DNA of 45,569 nucleotides from a virus. Taxonomy: Duplodnaviria > Caudoviricetes. The notes below the pieces were generated by a model. The model saw only the letters and a list, made by a program, of their open reading frames with translations. It did not search any database and was not told where the DNA came from. The stretch covers positions 1 to 45,569 of IMG/VR virus record IMGVR_UViG_3300027640_000003, one strand, 5' to 3'. The translations under genes and the position numbers were made by a program. Numbering within the stretch: the stretch's first letter is position 1; each line of letters opens with the position of its first letter. Positions 28,342 through 35,669 of the stretch are shown piece after piece.

Positions 28342-28505
28342 TGCTCGTTGTCCGCGCGCTTGAGCAGCGCCTCAATGACTGATTTGTCCGCGTGCCTGGC
28401 GATGGTATTCCCTTCGTCGCCGAACTCGATAACCCACTCATTTGTTTCGACGTCCAGGTAGAGACGACGCTGCCCATTGCGGACTTCTACAGTCGGCTGG
28501 AGCAT
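28338..28505 (-). CDS. Hypothetical protein
   Basis: MLQPTVEVRNGQRRLYLD... with a GGAGG RBS; subset of ORF 28338..28559. Confidence 0.55.
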   Translation of the reverse strand: MLQPTVEVRNGQRRLYLDVETNEWVIEFGDEGNTIARHADKSVIEALLKRADNEQ

Positions 28506-28507
28506 TC

Positions 28508-28696
28508 TTATTCCCTCCCTGCTCTGACGTGCTGGGTCAAAACGGCCGCGTCGTACCAAGTGAGCGACAGCTCTTGGTTAGCGGCCATGCGGCTAATGGC
28601 GCAGATCGTCTGCGAACGATGCTGTTCGTCGTAGAGAAAGACGTATTTCTCGCCGCCCTTGATCAATGCTGTCACGAGCCTGTCACCGTGCATCAT
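28508..28696 (-). CDS. Small protein resembling a conserved planctomycete hypothetical family
   Basis: ALIKGGEKYVFLYDEQ...LSLTWYDAAVLTQ, recognised from memory; ATGA-coupled to csrA. Confidence 0.6.
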   Translation of the reverse strand: MMHGDRLVTALIKGGEKYVFLYDEQHRSQTICAISRMAANQELSLTWYDAAVLTQHVRAGRE

Positions 28697-28866
28697 GCCG
28701 CGCCCTTTTCCCGCTGTTCCCTCTCGATCAGCTCGCCGCGGACCACGTGGACTTCCCGACCGGCTTCGATCCCCACAGACACTCGCCCGCTCGACGCATG
28801 GAGGATGAACACCTTCGCGTCGCCAACCTGAATCCAGTCGCCTTCCTTGCGCCCGAGAACCAACAT
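28693..28866 (-). CDS. csrA: Carbon storage regulator CsrA/RsmA homologue (57 aa, missed by the ORF track)
   Basis: Manual translation: MLVLGRKEGDWIQVGDAKVFILHASSGRVSVGIEAGREVHVVRGELIEREQREKGAA; AAGGA RBS. Confidence 0.88.
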   Translation of the reverse strand: MLVLGRKEGDWIQVGDAKVFILHASSGRVSVGIEAGREVHVVRGELIEREQREKGAA

Positions 28867-29171
28867 CGTGTCGTTCCTTGTGAAATGTGGCCGCCGCTGA
28901 CGTCATGCCGGTGACGGCCGAGTCCTACTGGACCGCGACCCTGCAGTCCGATTTCCTGGGAACAGATAGAGTGGGTTTCCCTACCAGCCTTCCATGCGGC
29001 TCCGTTGGGTTGGGATACGACCAAGCTCACAGCGAGCCTTGGTCAACTGCGGCACGTCGCGATGGCCAAGAGCGGCCAAAGAGGCGTGAATCGTTCACTC
29101 GTGCGGCCGACGATATATGTCGACCGGTGCGTTTGTGTTCAGAGTTCCAACAAGTGTTTCAAATGACACGA

Positions 29172-29369
29172 CTAGCGTTCAGCCGCTGCGGCCTCAGCAC
29201 GCGTGTGGTCGATCCAGTCCAACAGCTCTTCGATCGATGCGAGCTCGGTTCTGTCCGACAGCAACAGCCCCGGGCCGCTGGGTGGAGCGGCGCAGGGCAA
29301 CCATAAATCGGGTTGTCCTGTCACTGGATCGAGGACGACGAGTCCGGTCATGGCTTTGACTCCGTTCAC
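29172..29369 (-). CDS. Hypothetical protein
   Basis: 65-aa ORF directly after the Xis-like gene; start may be the internal ATG. Confidence 0.45.
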   Translation of the reverse strand: MNGVKAMTGLVVLDPVTGQPDLWLPCAAPPSGPGLLLSDRTELASIEELLDWIDHTRAEAAAAER

Positions 29370-29372
29370 GAA

Positions 29373-29606
29373 TCATTTGCTGCCATTCGCGTGGCTCTCG
29401 ATCCACGCGATCAATTCGCTCGTGCGGTAATACATTCGCTGGCTGACGACGATCGGCTTGACCATGCCGCTTTGGCGGGCCTCAGCCAGGGCGATGCGGC
29501 CCAGTCCACAGCGCCGCATACAGCCTTCCTTGGTGAGCAGGCCACCCGGGTACACGTCGCCAATCACGCGGGTCGTCTTTCGGGTCTTTGTTGATTGCTT
29601 AGCCAT
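29373..29606 (-). CDS. Excisionase/AlpA-like winged-HTH protein
   Basis: LLTKEGCMRRCGLGRIAL...RMYYRTSELIAWIES pattern; basic; second gene of the early operon. Confidence 0.7.
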   Translation of the reverse strand: MAKQSTKTRKTTRVIGDVYPGGLLTKEGCMRRCGLGRIALAEARQSGMVKPIVVSQRMYYRTSELIAWIESHANGSK

Positions 29607-29617
29607 GGTGGCACCTA

Positions 29618-29875
29618 TCACAGATCCGCGAACGGATCGTCAGTCTTGATTTCTCGCATCTTTCCAACGGCCAGGATCTTGCCCTCGCGGATACAGGCTG
29701 TTTCAAACTCAGCCTTGTCTTGCCGTTCAGCGAACCGTCGCAGGAATGTCTGGTAGTGGTTCATACAGAGGCCGCGGCGTGTTGCCGCGTCTTCGCATAG
29801 CAGGCACTTCCCGGATCGAACCCGTTCGGTGACATGCCCGACCAACGTCCGTTTGACCCCCAGGTCACTACTCAT
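29618..29875 (-). CDS. Zinc-finger protein A (Cro position)
   Basis: ATG 29875 (GAGG RBS); CLLC-x7-GLCMNHY; paralogue of 30156..30716. Confidence 0.75.
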   Translation of the reverse strand: MSSDLGVKRTLVGHVTERVRSGKCLLCEDAATRRGLCMNHYQTFLRRFAERQDKAEFETACIREGKILAVGKMREIKTDDPFADL

Positions 29876-30022
29876 TGCCAAAAACCTCGAGATTTGTGCA
29901 AAAGACACCAGACGTGCCTCCGATGGAGTGCTCCTGCATTCCGTCTCACGTCCAGCGCAGGATTCCGTTGGGCGGCTGCGTCCTGCTCGCATCCGATGAC
30001 CACCGCCTTAGTACATCGGCCG

Positions 30023-30050
30023 ATTCTACTACGCGTCTACGACGTGTCAA
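30023..30050 (-). promoter_or_regulatory. Leftward sigma70-type promoter of the early lytic operon
   Basis: TTGACA-16-TAGAAT on the minus strand, overlapped by CTACG motifs. Confidence 0.75.
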
Positions 30051-30146
30051 CTACGAATTGCGCATTTGTTTACGTGTTAGAGACGTAGCTACGCCGCAAC
30101 TTATTAGTAGGCCAGTAGTTATTGCGGTGGAAAATTTTTCTCGTAG
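30026..30146. promoter_or_regulatory. Candidate operator array CTAC(G/T) / (C/A)GTAG
   Basis: Motifs at 30026, 30029, 30037, 30051, 30084/30089 (palindrome CGTAGCTACG), 30106, 30114 and 30142. Confidence 0.6.
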
Positions 30147-30149
30147 CCT
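30122..30149 (+). promoter_or_regulatory. Rightward promoter candidate, probably leaderless transcript
   Basis: TTGCGG-16-TAGCCT, ending 6 nt before ATG 30156; no properly spaced RBS. Confidence 0.45.
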
Positions 30150-30155
30150 GAGGGC

Positions 30156-30716
30156 ATGAATGCGAAAGAAATCGCCTATGAACGCGACGCGCGCGGAGTC
30201 TGCATTATTTGCGAGGCGATCGACTCCAATCGTCGTCTCGGCCTATGCGTGAAGCACTACACGCGTTTCAGGACGACGCTGCGAAAAATCCCCGCGGAAA
30301 GCCGCGAGGGGTTTGAGTCGCATCTCGTGGAATTAGGCCTCTTAATGCCCAGGCGACAGGGTCCCCGTGTGGATCCGCGGGAGGACGTGTTCGCCGAAGA
30401 GGCGAAGAAGTACTTCGAGGGAATTCCAATCAAGCCAGTGATTCGCAGGATCAGCGAGGCCGACCCCCAGCAGCTCGCCGAGCACATGGTCAACCACGCA
30501 TCGGAGGAACCGCCGATCGAGAAGGCCCCGAAGAAGGGCAGGGCGGGGGGGAAGAAAAAGGCTCAGCGGCGGAAGCAATCCGAGAAGTTGGCCGAACGTG
30601 CTGATGACGTGGCGTCTGACGATGGAATGCCTAATGCACCCTCGGGCGAGGTTGGTCCCGGCTCGTCACCGGACGAATCGAAGGGTAGGGCGGGGGGGAA
30701 GAAGAGCAGATCGTAA
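30156..30716 (+). CDS. Zinc-finger protein B (CI position), putative repressor
   Basis: CIIC-x9-GLCVKHY; paralogue of protein A with a ~100-aa low-complexity C-terminal extension; first gene of the integrase-strand island. Confidence 0.75.
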   Translation: MNAKEIAYERDARGVCIICEAIDSNRRLGLCVKHYTRFRTTLRKIPAESREGFESHLVELGLLMPRRQGPRVDPREDVFAEEAKKYFEGIPIKPVIRRISEADPQQLAEHMVNHASEEPPIEKAPKKGRAGGKKKAQRRKQSEKLAERADDVASDDGMPNAPSGEVGPGSSPDESKGRAGGKKSRS

Positions 30717-30742
30717 ACGCACCAACAAATCAGGGGAGACAA

Positions 30743-31597
30743 ATGGCCGCGAAAATCCCAAGCAAAGTGCTGGAGAGGTTTGGTTCTTGTATCGCGATGT
30801 TCCAGAAAGTTCTGCAGAACGCCCATGATCGCGATGTGAACGAATCCGACACGGTGACAATCGTTAAGGACATCCTGGCCGGGGTCATGGGGTTCGACAA
30901 GTACGAGGAGATCACGAGCGAATATTCAATCCGCGGCACGTACTGCGACCTGGCCACCAAGCTGGACGGCTCGGTCCGGTACCTCATCGAGGTGAAGGCA
31001 ATTGGGCTAGCCCTGAAGGAGAACCACCTCCGGCAGGTCGTCTCCTACGGTTCCTCCCAGGGTGTCCCTTGGGTGGTTCTGACCAACGGTGTCATCTGGG
31101 AGGTCTACCGGATCAAGTTCGAGCAGCCGGTGTCGCACGAGTTTGTGTTTGGAATCAACTTCCTGGAACTGAACATCAAAAAATCAGAGGATATCGAAAA
31201 GCTGTTTCTGCTTTGCCGTGAGGGTGTCCAGAAGTCTGCCATCGACGACTTCCATGCATTCACCCAGATCGTCAACCGGTTCACCATCGCGGCCATCGTC
31301 ACGTCCGATCCGGTCCTTAGCGTGATCCGCCGCGAGCTACAACGCCTCGAGCCCAATTCACGCGTGACGGCTGAGGACATCAGTGCCATTATGCCGGACG
31401 TGCTGAAACGAGACGTCACCGAAGGGGACGAAGCCTGCGCGGCCCAAAAGCGGGTTCTAAAGGCAACCAGGATCCAGCTGCGAAAGCGAGCCGAGAAGTG
31501 TACGGAATGCTCGGACGACCTGGCATCTGATGACGGAATGCCTGATGCATCGCCGGTTGCCATTGAGGTCGAGCTACTACCGGGCGAGGAAAACTGA
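30743..31597 (+). CDS. Stand-alone HsdR N-terminal-like PD-(D/E)xK nuclease
   Basis: NESDT, YCD, LIEVKA, RQVVSY and VLTNGVIW motifs; no hsdM/hsdS and no helicase domain; GGGGAG RBS. Confidence 0.8.
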   Translation: MAAKIPSKVLERFGSCIAMFQKVLQNAHDRDVNESDTVTIVKDILAGVMGFDKYEEITSEYSIRGTYCDLATKLDGSVRYLIEVKAIGLALKENHLRQVVSYGSSQGVPWVVLTNGVIWEVYRIKFEQPVSHEFVFGINFLELNIKKSEDIEKLFLLCREGVQKSAIDDFHAFTQIVNRFTIAAIVTSDPVLSVIRRELQRLEPNSRVTAEDISAIMPDVLKRDVTEGDEACAAQKRVLKATRIQLRKRAEKCTECSDDLASDDGMPDASPVAIEVELLPGEEN

Positions 31598-31830
31598 AGG
31601 GCAGGGCAGATGGCCGGAAGAAGTAGACGTGTCGTCGCCTGCGGCGCGGAATGCCGGTCGCGTCGGGTGGCGCTGATACCGAGCTGCTGCTCTGCGAAGA
31701 GAACTGAAGGGGCACGTCGGGGGGGGTAGTAAGACGGCAAAAGGAAGGCCGGTCGATAACATTCCTGGGAAATAGATCGCTTGCGGCTTCTACTGATGTG
31801 ATACTATTCTATGGATTCTATATATAACAA

Positions 31831-32226
31831 ATGACTCGTTGGCGACTACAAATAGAAGCCCAGAATCCCCACCAGGCGCCGGGAGTAACCTGGTCCGTTG
31901 GTGTTCACGAGTCAAAAATCAAATTGATGCAGAGCAGTGGCGACTTGATACGACTGGCCAGGCTTGCATGCGCAAAAGAGGTACTTGTCAATCCTGGGCG
32001 GATTGGCGAGGGGTGGTGTCGGCCAGGGACAGACGACTGCTATGTGTACGTGGGAAATCCTAAGGCTGACTATCGAAGTGGTTCTATCGAATGCCCACCG
32101 CCGCCTGGGAAGGTTTTTCTGGTTTTCGTGTTGGCTGACGGCACAATCGATTCATGGTGCTGGAGGAACCGTGATCCGGAAACTAAATTACCAGAAGACA
32201 TTACGGAGAACATGATATGGCCATAG
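31831..32226 (+). CDS. Hypothetical protein, possible RelE/BECR-fold toxin
   Basis: KEVLVNPGRIGEG and VFLVFV patterns; overlaps the downstream DUF2283-like gene; AT-rich promoter region upstream. Confidence 0.45.
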   Translation: MTRWRLQIEAQNPHQAPGVTWSVGVHESKIKLMQSSGDLIRLARLACAKEVLVNPGRIGEGWCRPGTDDCYVYVGNPKADYRSGSIECPPPPGKVFLVFVLADGTIDSWCWRNRDPETKLPEDITENMIWP

Positions 32227-32600
32227 ATACAGAACTTCAGAGCATCTTGGACGGCTGCAACGGCGAGTTTAAGCCATACCACGAAATTAGCCAAGAATCC
32301 GACTCGCTGACGGTTTATCTCGAGCCGGACGCGGACTACACCATTCGCCTCTGCGACCATGTGACGCTCTATCTGTCACTCGAGGATGATGACATCGTGG
32401 GCTGCCGAATCAAGGGGATTTCCGGAATCCTTAACGATCTTCCTAATTACGTTCACGTGGAACACGGACGAATCAGTTTGTCCATGATCTTCTGGTCGTT
32501 TCGGAGCGGACTGCCGGACGATAAGGCGCGAGACGCCATGAGCAAACTGGCGAGGGCAGCCAAGGGTCAAGAGATGACTTTCGAGCCAGCGGGATTGTGA
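32217..32600 (+). CDS. DUF2283-like acidic protein, possible antitoxin
   Basis: ESDSLTVYL...VTLYLSLEDDDIVGCRIKG resembles the DUF2283 pattern. Confidence 0.5.
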   Translation: MAIDTELQSILDGCNGEFKPYHEISQESDSLTVYLEPDADYTIRLCDHVTLYLSLEDDDIVGCRIKGISGILNDLPNYVHVEHGRISLSMIFWSFRSGLPDDKARDAMSKLARAAKGQEMTFEPAGL

Positions 32601-32611
32601 TTGATACCTGC

Positions 32612-32672
32612 TTGACGCAGTGGTGTACGTACGTATATTATCCATCGCATCACCGACGTATCACCGTGATAC
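32612..32672 (+). promoter_or_regulatory. Promoter plus palindromic operator for the WYL-integrase operon
   Basis: TTGACG-16-TATATT with TACGTACGTA overlapping the spacer and -10; GTATCAC-C-GTGATAC at 32658-32672. Confidence 0.6.
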
Positions 32673-32732
32673 CGCACCCGGCCAGCCGGCCCCGTTAGTG
32701 CCGGCCGCTCACTTTTCCCCAAGGTGAGTGCC

Positions 32733-33221
32733 ATGCGTTCGGATCCGTTAAGAGCAGGGCGAGGACAACTGCTCGAGTTTGAATATCCCGAACGGAATCT
32801 GATTGGCGTACCGACGGTCTGGAAGCGCCGCACGATCCTCGTCGAGTCGATTCACGATATGGCCGTCACTGCGATCGATCCCCGCGCCGTCGAGCTGCGG
32901 CCACTGATTCGACGGGGTCGCCACCTGGTCGTGGGCTACGACCTCGACGCCGGACGCACACGAATGTTCTACCGGGAGGCCATGCGACACGTTCGCAAGT
33001 CGAGCTGGCTGCAGCTGGCCTTGTTCGATCCCTGTGAGGAGAGACGGCGGCTTCACTGGCCACATGGGCCGTTCGCACCAACCGCGCGCGATCGGCTGTT
33101 CCTGGCCGACGTGATACAACACTTCAACCAGATGACTGCCAGGCGTGATGACATCTGGCTGAATCTGGGCGTTTTCCCCTGGGAGGCTGGCGATGAGCAT
33201 CCGCGTTCTCCTACGGCTTAA
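32733..33221 (+). CDS. WYL-like domain protein
   Basis: LEFEY...RRTILVE...HLVVGYDLDAGRTRMFYREAM matches the WYL pattern; no HTH; overlaps the integrase start. Confidence 0.55.
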   Translation: MRSDPLRAGRGQLLEFEYPERNLIGVPTVWKRRTILVESIHDMAVTAIDPRAVELRPLIRRGRHLVVGYDLDAGRTRMFYREAMRHVRKSSWLQLALFDPCEERRRLHWPHGPFAPTARDRLFLADVIQHFNQMTARRDDIWLNLGVFPWEAGDEHPRSPTA

Positions 33222-34341
33222 GCCCGACCGCGACAACTACCAGATGTATTACGTCGATCCGTTGACCGGTCAGGATGTGACCCGGTCGGCCCGCACCACC
33301 AGTGTTCGAGAGGCGGAGCGTGCGGCCGCGAAGTGGGAGGCAGAACTGGAAGAGCAGGGGACCGTGAGCCGGGTCATGGCCTGGGAAGAGTTCCGCATCC
33401 ACTACGAGAGCACACACTTGGCCGGGAAGGCACAGCGGACAAGAGAGTCGGCCGCGTCCGCAATGAACTGGTTGGAAAGGACACTAGGGAATGTGCGGCA
33501 GATCGGCATGATCGATTCGATGACGATTGCCAAGATGGTCGGTCAATGGCGCCGAGACGGGATGAGGGACTCCACGATCGGCGCGCACCTCGGCCACTTG
33601 CGGACGGCGTTCGGCTGGGCGTACAAGATGCAGCTGATTCAGAAGCGGCCCATCTTCCCGGTTCCGAAACTGACGGGCCGCCTGATGAAGGGCAGGCCGA
33701 TCAGCGGGAAGGAATGCCGGAAGCTGTTACGTACGGCCCGGGCAGAGCGACCCAGCGACTGGCGTCAGTGGGTTCGGTTCATCCACGGGCTATGGCTGTC
33801 GGGACTCCGGCTCGAGGAAGCAATCAACCTGTCCTGGGACGAACCACCGCTGCTGGTGGATCTGACCGGTGGCAAGTATCCCCGGTTGGTGATCCGAGCC
33901 CCAGGGCAAAAATCACGACGCGACGAGCTGGTCCCCCTCGCCCCGGACTTCGCGACCTGGTTGCGGAGGACTCCCGCAGCTGAGCGTCACGGGCGAGTGC
34001 TGCCGATCTTCTCGACCTGGGGAAAGGATCGCCCTGTGAACGCTGCAAGCCGCATCGGGCGCGTGTTGTCAGAGATCGGCGCGGCGTCGGAGATCATTGT
34101 GAACGACGAGGGCAAACACGTCAGCGCACACGACCTGCGACGTTCGTTTGGAACACGTTGGGCCGCGCGCGTGAAGCCACTCGCACTGAAGCGCCTCATG
34201 CGCCATGTGGCCATCGAAACCACCCTGCGATATTACGTTGATCAAGACGCAGATGACGTTGCCGAAGAATTATGGGCGGGAGACTTGTACCCCTCCTCGT
34301 ACCCTCGGAACGGCATTCACAACGACATTGATCGCAAATGA
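33193..34341 (+). CDS. int: Tyrosine integrase
   Basis: Catalytic residues in SGLRLEE (R), QKS (K), HDLRR (HxxR), MRH and TTLRYY (Y); GGGAGG RBS. Confidence 0.95.
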   Translation: MSIRVLLRLKPDRDNYQMYYVDPLTGQDVTRSARTTSVREAERAAAKWEAELEEQGTVSRVMAWEEFRIHYESTHLAGKAQRTRESAASAMNWLERTLGNVRQIGMIDSMTIAKMVGQWRRDGMRDSTIGAHLGHLRTAFGWAYKMQLIQKRPIFPVPKLTGRLMKGRPISGKECRKLLRTARAERPSDWRQWVRFIHGLWLSGLRLEEAINLSWDEPPLLVDLTGGKYPRLVIRAPGQKSRRDELVPLAPDFATWLRRTPAAERHGRVLPIFSTWGKDRPVNAASRIGRVLSEIGAASEIIVNDEGKHVSAHDLRRSFGTRWAARVKPLALKRLMRHVAIETTLRYYVDQDADDVAEELWAGDLYPSSYPRNGIHNDIDRK

Positions 34342-34510
34342 CCCGCGAAAACCCCGAGAAAAACGGGGTTAGTTTGCCGTAACGCGTGCCTGTTGGCTTT
34401 TCCAATGAGGCCGCTAGCCATTCGCTTACCCTCCGAACTCGTTCGGCACTAGCGGTTTACGTCGATTGGTTGCGGTGTTTTTTTGCTCGTGTACCCTCTT
34501 GTGTACCCCA
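34286..34510. mobile_element. Candidate attP
   Basis: Tandem GTACCC arm-type repeats at 34286-34306 and 34489-34510 flank a tRNA fragment, immediately downstream of int. Confidence 0.65.
34399..34434 (-). tRNA. 5' half of a tRNA-Ser(GGA)-like gene (attP core); not a complete tRNA
   Basis: GGAGGGTAAGCGAATGGCTAGCGGCCTCA-TTGGAAA gives a Ser-type acceptor start, a D-loop GG and an anticodon loop TT-GGA-AA. The 3' strand of the anticodon stem is absent. Confidence 0.55.
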
Positions 34511-34612
34511 GCCTAACCGCCGCCAATCCGTGCACACAATATATACTAGCCCACCCACGGCAACTCAAGTAGCGCTGGCCTGATATATTGGCGACCGGAA
34601 AAGGGGGACGCC

Positions 34613-34701
34613 ATGCCGAAAACAATCGCCATTCTCTTGTGCGTGGGTTACTTATGGCGATCCTGGTGGCGATTACCGTCAAGCGAGATCAGCCTCCATA
34701 A
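34613..34701 (+). pseudogene. Small hydrophobic peptide gene with an apparent 1-nt frameshift
   Basis: GGGGGA RBS. MPKTIAILLCV continues as GLLMAILVAITVKRDQPP-stop if one G is added to GTGGGTTA. Confidence 0.35.
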
Positions 34702-34715
34702 ACTTGCCTCCTCGT

Positions 34716-35669
34716 TCATCGTTTGGGCGGCTTGACGGAACCGGCAGGTTTACGCGGTTCGCCGCTGGCGCCCTTGTCCTTTTCAAATTCCCGCCGTTTG
34801 CGTTCCAGTTCGGCGGCTTTCACCTCCTCTTGGAGTTTCCGGTTAGCCTCCCGCAGGGCCGCTTCTTGTTCGCCCATGCCGCTTTCCTCGGAGCCCTCGA
34901 CGGCCTTCTTCTCCCGTTCGAGTCGGATGCGCTGCACCTCCAGTTCGAGTTTGCGGTTGGTGTCCAGCAACTCTGCCAGTTTGGCGTCCCGATCGCGACG
35001 TGCCTTCGCAGCCTTCTCCCGCAGGGCCTGTTCGTACTCCGCTTCCTCGGCAGCGTTTTGGTAGTTCTTCGCCGTGCACTGCGGGCAGGCGATCTGTCCG
35101 CGACCCGCGCACGCTCTACAGACGGAGGTAGGGGCAAGCCGCGAATGCACATGCACTACCGGTCCCAGGGGCGTGTCCATGTACGTGGGGACATCCACCT
35201 TGGTGAACAGCTTGCCACCCCGGCAGTTCTTCACCGGGCAGTCGACAATCTCCGTGTCTCGGCATCGCACGCAGGCGTACTTGGATGGCCGGGAAGTTCG
35301 CTTGAGCTTGACTTGCTCGCGGACCCACTGCATGTCCACGTCTTCGAGATCCGTCGGCTTGACGCGGATAATCTTGTCGTCGGGTTGCCTCTTGATCACC
35401 ACCCGGCCGTCTTTGAACTCGACGTACTCGCCCACGATACTGGACTTGCCGTCCTTGGATCGCCAGCGGCGAAGTGCCGGGCTCTCCTCCTCTTCCTCTC
35501 CCAATTCGTCAATGCCAGCGTCGGCATCTTCCTCGGTATCAGGGTCGGCGTCGGCCGCGTGCGGATCGGTGTCCCCCGCGATACCGGCGGGCATCCCTGC
35601 GGCGCCTTCGCCGGAAGGGTCAGCTTGGAACGCGAGCAGGGCGGTCAGTAGCACAAATGTGGTCGTCAT
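34716..35669 (-). CDS. Exported SHD1-domain protein with DnaJ-like zinc finger and coiled coil
   Basis: Signal peptide; RRWRSKDGKSSIVGEYV...DLEDVDMQWV (SHD1); CVRC, CPVKNCRGG, CRACAGRGQIACPQC. Confidence 0.75.
   Translation of the reverse strand: MTTTFVLLTALLAFQADPSGEGAAGMPAGIAGDTDPHAADADPDTEEDADAGIDELGEEEEESPALRRWRSKDGKSSIVGEYVEFKDGRVVIKRQPDDKIIRVKPTDLEDVDMQWVREQVKLKRTSRPSKYACVRCRDTEIVDCPVKNCRGGKLFTKVDVPTYMDTPLGPVVHVHSRLAPTSVCRACAGRGQIACPQCTAKNYQNAAEEAEYEQALREKAAKARRDRDAKLAELLDTNRKLELEVQRIRLEREKKAVEGSEESGMGEQEAALREANRKLQEEVKAAELERKRREFEKDKGASGEPRKPAGSVKPPKR

Noticed and set aside
28870-29170. GGA-rich CsrA-sponge RNA upstream of csrA
   Set aside because: About 8 GGA in 300 nt is not clearly above chance, and they are not in regular hairpin loops.
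34399-34434. Complete phage-encoded tRNA
   Set aside because: The 3' anticodon strand, T-arm and acceptor 3' strand are absent; kept only as an att core fragment.
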